From Cellulomonas sp. (GTDB lineage Bacteria > Actinomycetota > Actinomycetes > Actinomycetales > Cellulomonadaceae), in assembly GCF_965229465.1 (NCBI RefSeq), contig NZ_OZ245882.1, positions 2,454,494-2,518,493 of the forward strand: a DNA stretch of 64,000 bases. Reading direction: 5' to 3'. The notes under the pieces are model-generated. The model did not search any database. It was given only the letters and a program-made list of their open reading frames with translations, and was not told where the DNA came from. Positions 31,722-40,181 of the stretch are shown in pieces (within the stretch, counting starts at the first letter, position 1; the number at the start of each line of letters is the position of its first letter). The position numbers and the translations under genes are program-made.

Positions 31722-34607
31722 TCACCACCGCTCCAGTACCGGTCCATCGGGGACCGGGCTGGGCGAGGGCGTCAAGGGGCGCGGCGTCATCTGTGGACGC
31801 AGCGGCGAGATGGCGGGCTGTGGACGGGTCGCCTGGAGCGGCGGTTGCGGGTCGTCGGGGTGGTGGGTGGCCCAGGTCTCGGTGGCGGAGGTCTCGGCGT
31901 GGGTGGTGGCGAGGATGCGATCGAGGAGCTCGCGGGCGCTCTCGGGCTCACCTCCCGGCAGGCAGTCCGGGTCGAGGCGGTCAGTGGCCACGTAGAGCCG
32001 GTTCAGGTGGCGGCCGCGGCTGACGGCGACGTAGAGGTCTTCGCGGCCCATGCCGGCGGTGATGACGGTGTGGGTCTCGTCGACGGTCATGCCTTGGCTG
32101 CGGGCGGTGGTGGTGGCGTAGCCGAGCTCGACGGACTCGGCCACGTAGACAGGCGGCAGTCGCAGGGTGCCGCGGGCTGGATCTCCGATGGGCTGGACGC
32201 GCAGGCCTCCGTCGGGCAGGACGTCGGTGATCTGCCAGAGGTCGCCGTTGCGGACGAACCCGTCGGCGGTGCGCAGGCGCCGGTTGTTGCGCCGGGTGAC
32301 GATGCGGTCGCCGATCCCACCGGTCAGTCCGTCGCTCAAGGTGATGCCGGTGGTGCGAACGGTGCCGGTGCGGATGCGTTCGGCGCGGGTGCGGGCGTTG
32401 AGCTCGTTGACGGTGCGCCGGTCGGCGGCCGCGAGCAGGACGATCCGACCCTGCGACTCGGCATCGGTCGCCGTCGAGAGTGCGTCGTCGAGCATGTCGT
32501 CGTGGGTGCCGTGGCTGACCCGGCGGTGCTGGATGTAGGCGTCCAGGGCGGCGGGGTCGCCGTGGCGCAGGTCAAGTGTGGCGCGGGCTTCCCACGGGTG
32601 GCTGAACCGCCACAGGGTGCGCAGCTCGGCGGTGGGGCCGCGGCGGGCGAGCATCCCGAAAGCCCCGCCGGCCTCGACGGCTCCGCGTTGCAGGTGGTCG
32701 CCGACGAGCAGCACCTTCGCGTCGGCGGCGCTCGCCTGCTCGAGGAGGGCGGCCAGGGTGCGGGTGTCGGCCATCGAAGCCTCATCGACGATCACGAGCT
32801 GCCCGCGGCGGAATCGCCACTGGTCCTGCTCAGCGGCGAGGCGGTGACGCCGATCGTTCGCATCCCGACGATCGATGAGGCTCGAGTCGGGGTCGCCAAG
32901 AACGGCCATCTCCGCCTGGTAGCGCAGCGACCGTTGCGCAGCACCGTCGCCCGCGGACTCGTAGATCCACTTGGCTGTCGTCTCGCACCGGGAGTCGAGA
33001 GCGGCGGACAGGGTCGCCGCCGCACTGGCCGAGGGCGCCAGCCCGACGACGTCGCCGCGCGTCAACCTCCAGGTATCGGCCAAGGCCTCCAGGGTCGTCG
33101 TCTTGCCCGAGCCGGCCGGGCCGACCAGGACGTCGAGGCTTCGTCGGGACAGGAGTACCGACTTGGTCGCGTCGCGTTGATCGTCGGCGAGGCCGCACAG
33201 CTCGCGATCGGCGATGCGATCGGCGAGAGGGTGGATCCCGATCGGGAGGTCCGTCTCGGCGGCGTCGAGCAGCGTCCGCTCGGCCTGCAGAAGCTCCGTC
33301 GACGTGAACATCTCCTCGCCCACGCGCCGCCGCTCTGGGTCTGCCTGGTCGTCGATCCGCACGCATGCGCCGCCGGCTTGGATCACCAGCGCGTTCGTCA
33401 GCTCAAGGCGGTCCTCGGGGGAAGCCATGCGGAGCGCGAGCGAGGACCGCAGCGCGGCGGCGCCCAGGTTCCAGGTCGACCACACCGACCGACGCGTCGA
33501 GACGTCGTCGATAACCTGCGCGACGATCGCCGACCGGACCTCCGGACCGACATCGGTCACCCGTAATGGGCGCCCGTAGGTCCCCGACAGCGCCCGAGCG
33601 GCCAGGTCGACGGGCTCGAGCCCGGTCAGTGCGCGTGCGCGGTTGGCCCAATCGGCGATCAGGTCCCGCAACGGGCGGACGACCTTCGGCGGCCGGGTCT
33701 CGCGGGTCAGGTGCTGCCGTGCCCGGGTCGTCTCCGTGCGAGACGGCGCCCGCCCGCGGCGCTCCGTGAAGTCCTCCGCCCAACGCTGCTCGGCACAGTG
33801 GATCTGCTCCGAGCGGGCGGAGAACTCGGCCAACAGATCCTCGCCGGCGCCGTCGAGCTCGAACGCGAGGTTCCGGCGCTCCCCACGGTCGCGCAATGAC
33901 CATGACGCGCCGATCCGCCGGGAGACCTCATCGGCGAGCAGGGCGTCGTAGAGCTCGGAGACGGTCACCACGGCGGCGTGCAGGGTGCGGCCGTCCACGG
34001 AGCGCCACGCGCCGTCGGGGCCCTGAACCTTGTTCGCGACGACGACGTGCGTGTGCAGGTTCGGGTCACCGGCGCGGGAGTCCCAGTGGTCGAACGCGGC
34101 CGCGATCATGCCGCGCGTCCTGACCTGCCGGCACCCGGCCGCGCCGACCCGGGTCCGGATCACCGAGTGCTCCACGAACTGCAACGCCGACATCAGCGCC
34201 GCCCGGTGCGCCTCGTAGAGGGTCGCACGCGTCGACTCGTCGGCCAGACCCCAAACGACGGAGACCGACTTGGGTGCGGTGAACGTCAGGTCGTAGCCGG
34301 CTACCGCGTGACGACCCTCGCCGGGGTCGCTGCTCCGGTGCGGCTTGCCGAGCGGCGTGTGACCGATCGGGTCGCACCCGTCGCGAAAGACCCGGGTCAT
34401 CGCCAGCTCGGTGACGGCGCTTCCGACGGGAAAACGACCCTCACCGAGCGACCCGAGGCCGTTGCCAAGCCAGCGACCCGCGGGGTTGCCGGTCTGCTCG
34501 TAGTACGCGATGAGCGAGTCGCCGGCCGGTAGACCGGCATCGCCGGCGGCAACGTGCCGGGTCAGGTACGCGTAGCCGTCGCCGACCGTCAGCTTGTGCA
34601 TTGACAT
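31722..34607 (-). CDS. MobF (TrwC-like) relaxase with RecD-like helicase domain
   Basis: MSMHKLTVGDGYAYL, DLTFTAPKSVS, HWDSRAGDPNLHTH (HUH), GPAGSGKT and DEASM motifs. Confidence 0.95.
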   Translation of the reverse strand: MSMHKLTVGDGYAYLTRHVAAGDAGLPAGDSLIAYYEQTGNPAGRWLGNGLGSLGEGRFPVGSAVTELAMTRVFRDGCDPIGHTPLGKPHRSSDPGEGRHAVAGYDLTFTAPKSVSVVWGLADESTRATLYEAHRAALMSALQFVEHSVIRTRVGAAGCRQVRTRGMIAAAFDHWDSRAGDPNLHTHVVVANKVQGPDGAWRSVDGRTLHAAVVTVSELYDALLADEVSRRIGASWSLRDRGERRNLAFELDGAGEDLLAEFSARSEQIHCAEQRWAEDFTERRGRAPSRTETTRARQHLTRETRPPKVVRPLRDLIADWANRARALTGLEPVDLAARALSGTYGRPLRVTDVGPEVRSAIVAQVIDDVSTRRSVWSTWNLGAAALRSSLALRMASPEDRLELTNALVIQAGGACVRIDDQADPERRRVGEEMFTSTELLQAERTLLDAAETDLPIGIHPLADRIADRELCGLADDQRDATKSVLLSRRSLDVLVGPAGSGKTTTLEALADTWRLTRGDVVGLAPSASAAATLSAALDSRCETTAKWIYESAGDGAAQRSLRYQAEMAVLGDPDSSLIDRRDANDRRHRLAAEQDQWRFRRGQLVIVDEASMADTRTLAALLEQASAADAKVLLVGDHLQRGAVEAGGAFGMLARRGPTAELRTLWRFSHPWEARATLDLRHGDPAALDAYIQHRRVSHGTHDDMLDDALSTATDAESQGRIVLLAAADRRTVNELNARTRAERIRTGTVRTTGITLSDGLTGGIGDRIVTRRNNRRLRTADGFVRNGDLWQITDVLPDGGLRVQPIGDPARGTLRLPPVYVAESVELGYATTTARSQGMTVDETHTVITAGMGREDLYVAVSRGRHLNRLYVATDRLDPDCLPGGEPESARELLDRILATTHAETSATETWATHHPDDPQPPLQATRPQPAISPLRPQMTPRPLTPSPSPVPDGPVLERW

Positions 34608-34902
34608 CACCAACGCGCCACCTCCTCCCTGCGGCCCGAGCAGCGGTTGCTCCCAGTGATAGGTGCGCCGAGAAGTGCGTAAGACGCGAGGTCGGCCTTC
34701 TCGGGCAGCCGGAGGCGCAGCGTCACGAACTCGAGTCGCGGCCCACTCCTGCAAGCAGGTATGCGGAACTGCGCGCAAGACGCGACATGGCCCGCTGGAT
34801 CGCGAGCAGTACCGCCGGACGAGAGGGTCGGCCGCTCAGATCTGACGAGGAACCTCGCGGGTTGCCCGCCCGCCCCGCGGCGTCGAGTGCGATCCTTCAC
34901 CC

Positions 34903-35610
34903 GTGAGTGGCAACTCGTGGGTCGCAGGCGCCTTCCCCGCTGCACTCCGAGCCGAGGCCACGGTCGTTGCGAAGCTCTTGCCCCGGTCGGATCTGTCGCC
35001 GAGTGGCAGATTCACCGTCGACGTCGAGGGCGAGCGCCTGACGATCCCGTACCGCATCTACAACGGAGTGACACGGGCGACGGCGCAACTGACAGTGCCG
35101 TCCGACGTCTACTGGGGCGGCATTGTGGACGCATGGGAGGCGGAGGGGGCGCTGGTCGCATCGATGGCCGCCGCCGCTCACACTCGCAGCCACGACGGAT
35201 GGGCTAGGCAACGGGCTCTGCGCAGGCTCTTGGCCGGGCCGGTGCTGGCGCCGTGGATGATTCCGTTCATCGTCCAACTAGTTGGCGAGTACGTCGTGCA
35301 GATCGTCGATGACATCGCGGAGGCGCTGCCCGACGTCGGCGTTCCGGGGTCAGTCCATCAGGCCGCGTTCGGCCGATACCTCGGCGAAAACCCAGAGGTT
35401 CTCCGCCTCACACGCGCACGAGTCGCCAGCTACTGGGACTGCTACTACCGCAGGGCCTACCCCGCGATCGAGGACTACCCGGGCCAGCGCCTGGTCGCTG
35501 CCTTCTCCCGCGCGGCGTCCGCGTCGTCGCTCGACCTGACTCCGGCGTTACGCCAAACCGGGCCCAGCAGCCGCGCAACGCACATCGCTGACGGCGAGCC
35601 GGCTGGCTGA
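34903..35610 (+). CDS. Hypothetical helical protein of a sporadic family
   Basis: IPYRIYN, HTRSHDGWARQR, PFIVQLVGEYV and SYWDCYYR conserved-looking blocks. Confidence 0.7.
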   Translation: MSGNSWVAGAFPAALRAEATVVAKLLPRSDLSPSGRFTVDVEGERLTIPYRIYNGVTRATAQLTVPSDVYWGGIVDAWEAEGALVASMAAAAHTRSHDGWARQRALRRLLAGPVLAPWMIPFIVQLVGEYVVQIVDDIAEALPDVGVPGSVHQAAFGRYLGENPEVLRLTRARVASYWDCYYRRAYPAIEDYPGQRLVAAFSRAASASSLDLTPALRQTGPSSRATHIADGEPAG

Positions 35611-35919
35611 CGGCTGGCCGTCGAGACCACGTCACGCGAGACCTGACAGCGAACGATCACACGCCCGACTCTTCTTGCACGGCGTGCCGGGGGCCTGCCG
35701 GTGACGGGGCGCGTGGCACGAGACGACGCGCGGACCGCGATCGGTGACCGAGTTTGAGTCGGAGCACTCCGCCGCTGCAGCGGAGTCGTTTGTGCGAGGG
35801 ATGGAGATCCCGAACCGCCGGCGAGCGACCGTTCTGCTCTCAAGCGTGGAGAGGCTTCGCGGGCCCCGGGGTCTGCGTCCCGCGACCTGCCTCCGCCCCG
35901 CATCGGGCCCCGCCGCGCC

Positions 35920-35960
35920 TTGACAATAGCCAGCGAACTCTCAGGTTCACTCTCTATGGT
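35920..35960 (+). promoter_or_regulatory. Candidate promoter for the TIGR04255 triad
   Basis: TTGACA at 35920-25 with CAGGTT 16 nt later. Also TATGGT (TANNNT) at 35955-60, 6 nt before GTG 35967, which fits a leaderless start. Confidence 0.5.
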
Positions 35961-35966
35961 GGGGGC

Positions 35967-36827
35967 GTGAGCGGACAGCCGAGGCCATCGCCCGTGAGCG
36001 CCACCGGTCCAGACGAGATCATCGCGACCTTCGATCACCCGCCAGTGGCAGAGGTCGTCGCTGCTGTGCGCGTGGCCGAGCTTTCCGACCAGACGTTCAT
36101 GGCTGTCGGAGAATTATGGAAGAGCAAGTTCTCAGAGTTTCCTAAGTTCGAATTGCAGCCGCCTTATGACGTCCCTGTGGAAGCGTTCGAGGCAGGGGTC
36201 CCTCGTGCGCCGTTCTCGGACCTCCGCCTATTTACCCAGCCGCCACTGTCGAGGGTCTGGTTCACCGACGCGTCTGGTCAAGAACTAATCCAGGTCCAGC
36301 ATGATTGGTTCGCCGTGAACTGGCGGAAAGTTGAGCCGGATAACGAGTATGGCAATTGGCCCGCCCGTCGCGCTGCGTTCGAGGGCGCATATGGCAAGTT
36401 CGCGGAATGGGCCGAGGGGAATGGTGACTCGATCACTCCGACGCAATGCGAGGTGACATACATAAATCACGTACTCCCCATTGCTGGCGTCTGGAGCACG
36501 CATGCCGACTCGCCTGGCCTGTTCCGTGGCCGGCCCGGCGATTACGACACGCCGCATCCACTAGAGGAGATTCGCTGGCAGGCGCGATATCTCCTCAACG
36601 GTGAAGACGGGAGCCCTCGGGGTCGCCTCCATGTTTCCGCGCAGCCTGTTTTCCGTGCAAGTGACGCCACGCCAATGATGATCCTCGAGTTAACGGCTCG
36701 AGTGGTACCGTCAGGACCGGGGCTGGAGAGCGCCCTTGAAGCGCTCGACGCCGGGCGGGCGGCGATTGTCAGGACGTTCCTTTCGACTACATCTGACGAA
36801 GCTCAGAAGGCTTGGGGATTGAAGTGA
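35967..36827 (+). CDS. TIGR04255 family protein
   Basis: FDHPPVAEVV, RVWF...ELIQVQHDWFAVNWRK and CEVTYINHV motifs; contains TTA codons. Confidence 0.8.
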   Translation: MSGQPRPSPVSATGPDEIIATFDHPPVAEVVAAVRVAELSDQTFMAVGELWKSKFSEFPKFELQPPYDVPVEAFEAGVPRAPFSDLRLFTQPPLSRVWFTDASGQELIQVQHDWFAVNWRKVEPDNEYGNWPARRAAFEGAYGKFAEWAEGNGDSITPTQCEVTYINHVLPIAGVWSTHADSPGLFRGRPGDYDTPHPLEEIRWQARYLLNGEDGSPRGRLHVSAQPVFRASDATPMMILELTARVVPSGPGLESALEALDAGRAAIVRTFLSTTSDEAQKAWGLK

Positions 36828-37288
36828 TGAGCACCGTTGCCCTGACCAAAGCAGAGTGGTTCGCCCCGGCAGGCCCAGCGGGCCTGCCCACCTCTGCGAC
36901 GATGTCCGCGGCGGGTGTGGTCGACTCCAACTTTCGTCCGTTCAATCGACACAGGCCGGACTGGTTCCTGGACGCGGTTCGAGCTGCTTTCGGCAACTCG
37001 CGCGTTCGCGAGCCGCGGGCGACTCAAAACGCCGCCCATTCACTGCTCAGTTTTCTTTCCGACACCTTCTGGACTGGAGCGCCGCAGCCAACCGTCAGTC
37101 CCACCGAGGAAGGCGGGATTTCGGCGGAATTCCGCTCGCCGACAGTCGAGGTTCACGTCGAATCAGACGCGCGCGGAGCGTTGAGTGTATATGTGGTCCA
37201 CATCGGTTTCATGGAATGGGAAGGTCCTCTCAACTCTGTGCCAGACGGCATTGAAAAGTGGGCTTGGCGCCTGACGCACACCATCTAG
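36827..37288 (+). CDS. Hypothetical protein, putative antitoxin
   Basis: TGATG coupling to the upstream gene; PQPTVSPTEEGGISAEF motif. Confidence 0.65.
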   Translation: MSTVALTKAEWFAPAGPAGLPTSATMSAAGVVDSNFRPFNRHRPDWFLDAVRAAFGNSRVREPRATQNAAHSLLSFLSDTFWTGAPQPTVSPTEEGGISAEFRSPTVEVHVESDARGALSVYVVHIGFMEWEGPLNSVPDGIEKWAWRLTHTI

Positions 37289-37302
37289 AGCCGCTAGCCG
37301 CA

Positions 37303-37779
37303 ATGGTGGTGGATCCGTCCGAAGGTCTTCGTGACCTCGTAGACGCGGGCCTTGACCCGGACGAGGTGTTGTTCCGCATCGTCCAGCCGGGCTTTGTCAA
37401 TTTCGCCGTCGAGCCACCCGAGGCCCAGAGCAACGGGTTTCAAGACCAGAGGCTGGATGTTGCCAATGGGTTCGGCCTAAACGGTCCGTGCGCTTCCGTC
37501 GCGATTAAGTCGATCTGGGTCGCGGAGGGCGCGGACGTCGATCAGCTCCTCGCCGGATTTCCAGCCAACTCGGGTATCGCCCAGTTCACGGTTGGGGCGG
37601 TCCGGGATCTTCTTACGCTTGCCGGCGAACCCTGCCCGCAGAGCGTGATGCCGGATCCCCGCGACGGAAGCCCGTGGCACGCAGTCATGTGGGACGAGAA
37701 GCGAGCCGGTCATACCAAGGCAGTCAAGCGCGCTCGCGCCCAGGTTGCCGAGTGGTTCAGGGAGCCCACCGCCCACTAA
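37303..37779 (+). CDS. Hypothetical protein, putative ART/RES-fold toxin
   Basis: EVLFRIV (R25), SNGF, ASV (S65) and DP..SPWHAV pattern; starts 14 nt after the previous stop. Confidence 0.6.
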   Translation: MVVDPSEGLRDLVDAGLDPDEVLFRIVQPGFVNFAVEPPEAQSNGFQDQRLDVANGFGLNGPCASVAIKSIWVAEGADVDQLLAGFPANSGIAQFTVGAVRDLLTLAGEPCPQSVMPDPRDGSPWHAVMWDEKRAGHTKAVKRARAQVAEWFREPTAH

Positions 37780-37938
37780 GGGGCTGCGTCGGTCCAGAAT
37801 CCCCACGGCTCTGCTGCCTCGCTTCTGTTCGGGCACATATTGGCCTCGCCTGAGTGCCCGGAGGACGCACTGGCGGGTGGGTCCGGCACGGGCGTGGCAG
37901 GGAGACCGCCGACCGGCGCGGATGATTGGGCCCCGGCG

Positions 37939-37958
37939 TGGTCAGCAAATGGTCAGCA
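37939..37958 (+). repeat. Tandem TGGTCAGCA (11-bp period), putative integrase arm site, right
   Basis: Matches 29102-29121. Confidence 0.7.
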
Positions 37959-38040
37959 GTCTGCCCAGAACCTTGTCAGTTGGGGAACTATTTGCATGTA
38001 TTTCCGCAGGTCAGCGCTCTGCAGACTCCTTGAGCTCGAA

Positions 38041-38082
38041 CTCCTAAAGCGGGTGTCGGCAGTTCGAATCTGCCCAGGCGCA
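38041..38082 (+). repeat. attR core (duplicated 3' end of tRNA-Arg)
   Basis: Exact 42-bp copy of 28988-29029. Confidence 0.95.
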
Positions 38083-38220
38083 TAGTGTGTTGCAGGTCAG
38101 GGCTTGGTGGCTGCAGTTGGCAGGGCTTGTAGGGGCCTCGTGGTCAGCATGAGGACAGAAGGCTCCTGCGGGGCATGCGATTCGGCGGTTTCAGCGTGAT
38201 CGGTCTGATGAGATAACGAC

Positions 38221-38856
38221 ATGGAGATTGAGCGCGAGCATCAGCGCTGGCTTGATCACGAGCTTGAGCACGGCTACATCCGCGTGAGGCTGCGGTTGCT
38301 GACCACGGCGGAGGGTGGGCGGCGTACGTCGATCTACTCGGGCTATCGCGCCCACTGGGGATTTCCGCCGGAGGTCCACCGCGAGTCGCATGATGCACCG
38401 CTCGTCCTCGAAGACGCCCTTGAGCTTGAGCTCGGCCAGTCGGCGACTGCTCGCATCCATCCGATGTGGCCCCAGGGTTGGCCTGAGGTCACACCCGGGC
38501 TGAGGCTCGGCATGTTCGAAGGATCTCGGCTGGTTGGCACCGCAGAAGTCCTGAGCCAGATTGGCCCGGAGATCGCCGCGCGCCCCCCGGCCGTGGGCAA
38601 GGGCAAGAAGGTGACGCCCAGTTCGCCGAAGTCGGAGTGGGTCGGTCGCCTTCCTGCCGGACCGCCGATCCGGGACGAGTTGGCTCGTCTCGTCGATTCC
38701 GACGGGGGCCGGGACTCGGCCGAGAACGACTACTTCGAAGCGGCGAACGACCCGCAGTTTGTTGCGCTCGAGACGGCCAAAAGGCGGTTTCGGGCCCAAC
38801 TTCGTCGACGGCTCCGGCATCTTCGGGCCACGGCGCGTGGTAAGCCACGGCAGTAG
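38221..38856 (+). CDS. Standalone EF-Tu domain III-like protein with C-terminal extension
   Basis: LLTTAEGGRRTSIYSGYRAH and GLRLGMFEGSRLVGTAEV parallel EF-Tu L.KEEGGRHTPFF.GYRPQ and G.RF.IREGGRTVG.GVV; no GTPase domain. Confidence 0.65.
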   Translation: MEIEREHQRWLDHELEHGYIRVRLRLLTTAEGGRRTSIYSGYRAHWGFPPEVHRESHDAPLVLEDALELELGQSATARIHPMWPQGWPEVTPGLRLGMFEGSRLVGTAEVLSQIGPEIAARPPAVGKGKKVTPSSPKSEWVGRLPAGPPIRDELARLVDSDGGRDSAENDYFEAANDPQFVALETAKRRFRAQLRRRLRHLRATARGKPRQ

Positions 38857-38867
38857 CCGAATCCTCT

Positions 38868-39700
38868 TCACACTGTCCATTGGCCCGAGCTTGGCCGGCG
38901 CGACTCAGCGGTGACGATTGCGGTTGGTGTCGTCAGCGACGAACGCAGCGCGTCTGCGCCGAGGTTGGGACTCCGGGGCCGGCGACCCACGAACTTCGGG
39001 GCCGACGCCACGCCGCGCGGTGCGCGTCGTAGAGAGCGGTTCGCGTGCGGTCGTCGGCCAGCCCCCAGAGGATCGAGACCGACTTCGGCTACCGACGGAA
39101 GTACCCGTGTGAGATAGCCGCCGGGTGGTACGTCGAGCGGCGGCTGAGCGGCCGGATACGCCTGATCAGGCCGCCTCGGCCACAAGACCTCAACCGTCTC
39201 GGCCGCCGCTTGAAATGCTTCGGCATCCACGGTGAAACTCGACTCGTCCACGCCGACGCCGGGCCGGCGATGACGAGCACCGGGTCTCCGGGCGGCGGAG
39301 CTGGGGTCAACCACAGTGCGCTCGACCACTCGCCGCCACCACCGCCCCAGTGGGTGAGCACCGGCTGGTCTGATGCCGGCCAGTTGTTCCGGATGTGGCG
39401 CCCGGCTACGGCGGCGGTACGTCCCTCGGCGATTTCCACTCCGGCGAAGAGTTCCGCATCGACTGCCGGGTGCACGCGATCGCCGAGGTCGGGATCGAGA
39501 CGACAGCGGACCGCCAGCTCGATCTGGAGTCCGGCGGTGTAGCGAGTGAGGCCGACGAGAAGGATCGACACATCTGCGGACCGCCCGACGCCGCCCCTCG
39601 CGCCGACAGCGGAGGGGGCTCGGTTGTCCGGCGGTCCGAACCGGGATCTCGCCTGCGCGACGTCGTTCGCGTCGCCGGAGACAGCCAGGGTCGAATGCAT
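38868..39700 (-). pseudogene. Frameshifted paralog of the 55158-55799 gene
   Basis: Collinear similarity over the shared region; a 1-nt deletion near 39258 splits it across two frames. Confidence 0.75.
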
Positions 39701-40181
39701 GTGGCCGACCCTCGTCCGCATCCCGTAGGTGGTCAACGCTTTTCGTCCTGGAGCTGTCTGCCCTTGCGAGACGAACTGCGTGGGCCGCCACTCTCTCCAG
39801 CGGCTCCTCGGCGACGGGCAACGCGCTAGCGAAGGATCACGGCCTCGACTCCTCGTGCACCTCGTGCTTTCGTCGGCCGTGTGCTCGGCCCCCTGCGGCC
39901 ACGGATCGCGTCGGGGCGCGTTATGTGGGGGGCGCAAGGGGGCCGAGCCGAGCAGCAGATCGCAACGCGTGCGGGTCCAGTCGTGGCGCGCCAACGCACG
40001 CCGTAGCGTTCGACGACGTCGAGGTACTCGAGCAGGGCGCAGTTCCTGGTCGCCATGTTCTTTGAGGGCCTCGATGACATCACCCCGGCACACGGCTCAC
40101 CGGCGAGCCGGCACCCCGACCGGACGTGTGAAGAGCCACAACTGGGACGCTGTCTCGTCGAGCGTGCCCGAAGGAGACCTC

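Larger units (their letters stand above)
28988..38082. mobile_element. Integrative mobilizable element (~9.1 kb) inserted in tRNA-Arg
   Basis: 42-bp direct repeats; tyrosine integrase, xis-like gene and MobF relaxase; no T4SS or coupling protein; AT-richer cargo. Confidence 0.92.

Noticed and set aside
39729-40181. Possible decayed ORF fragments upstream of GH35
   Set aside because: No consistent frame or recognisable motif.
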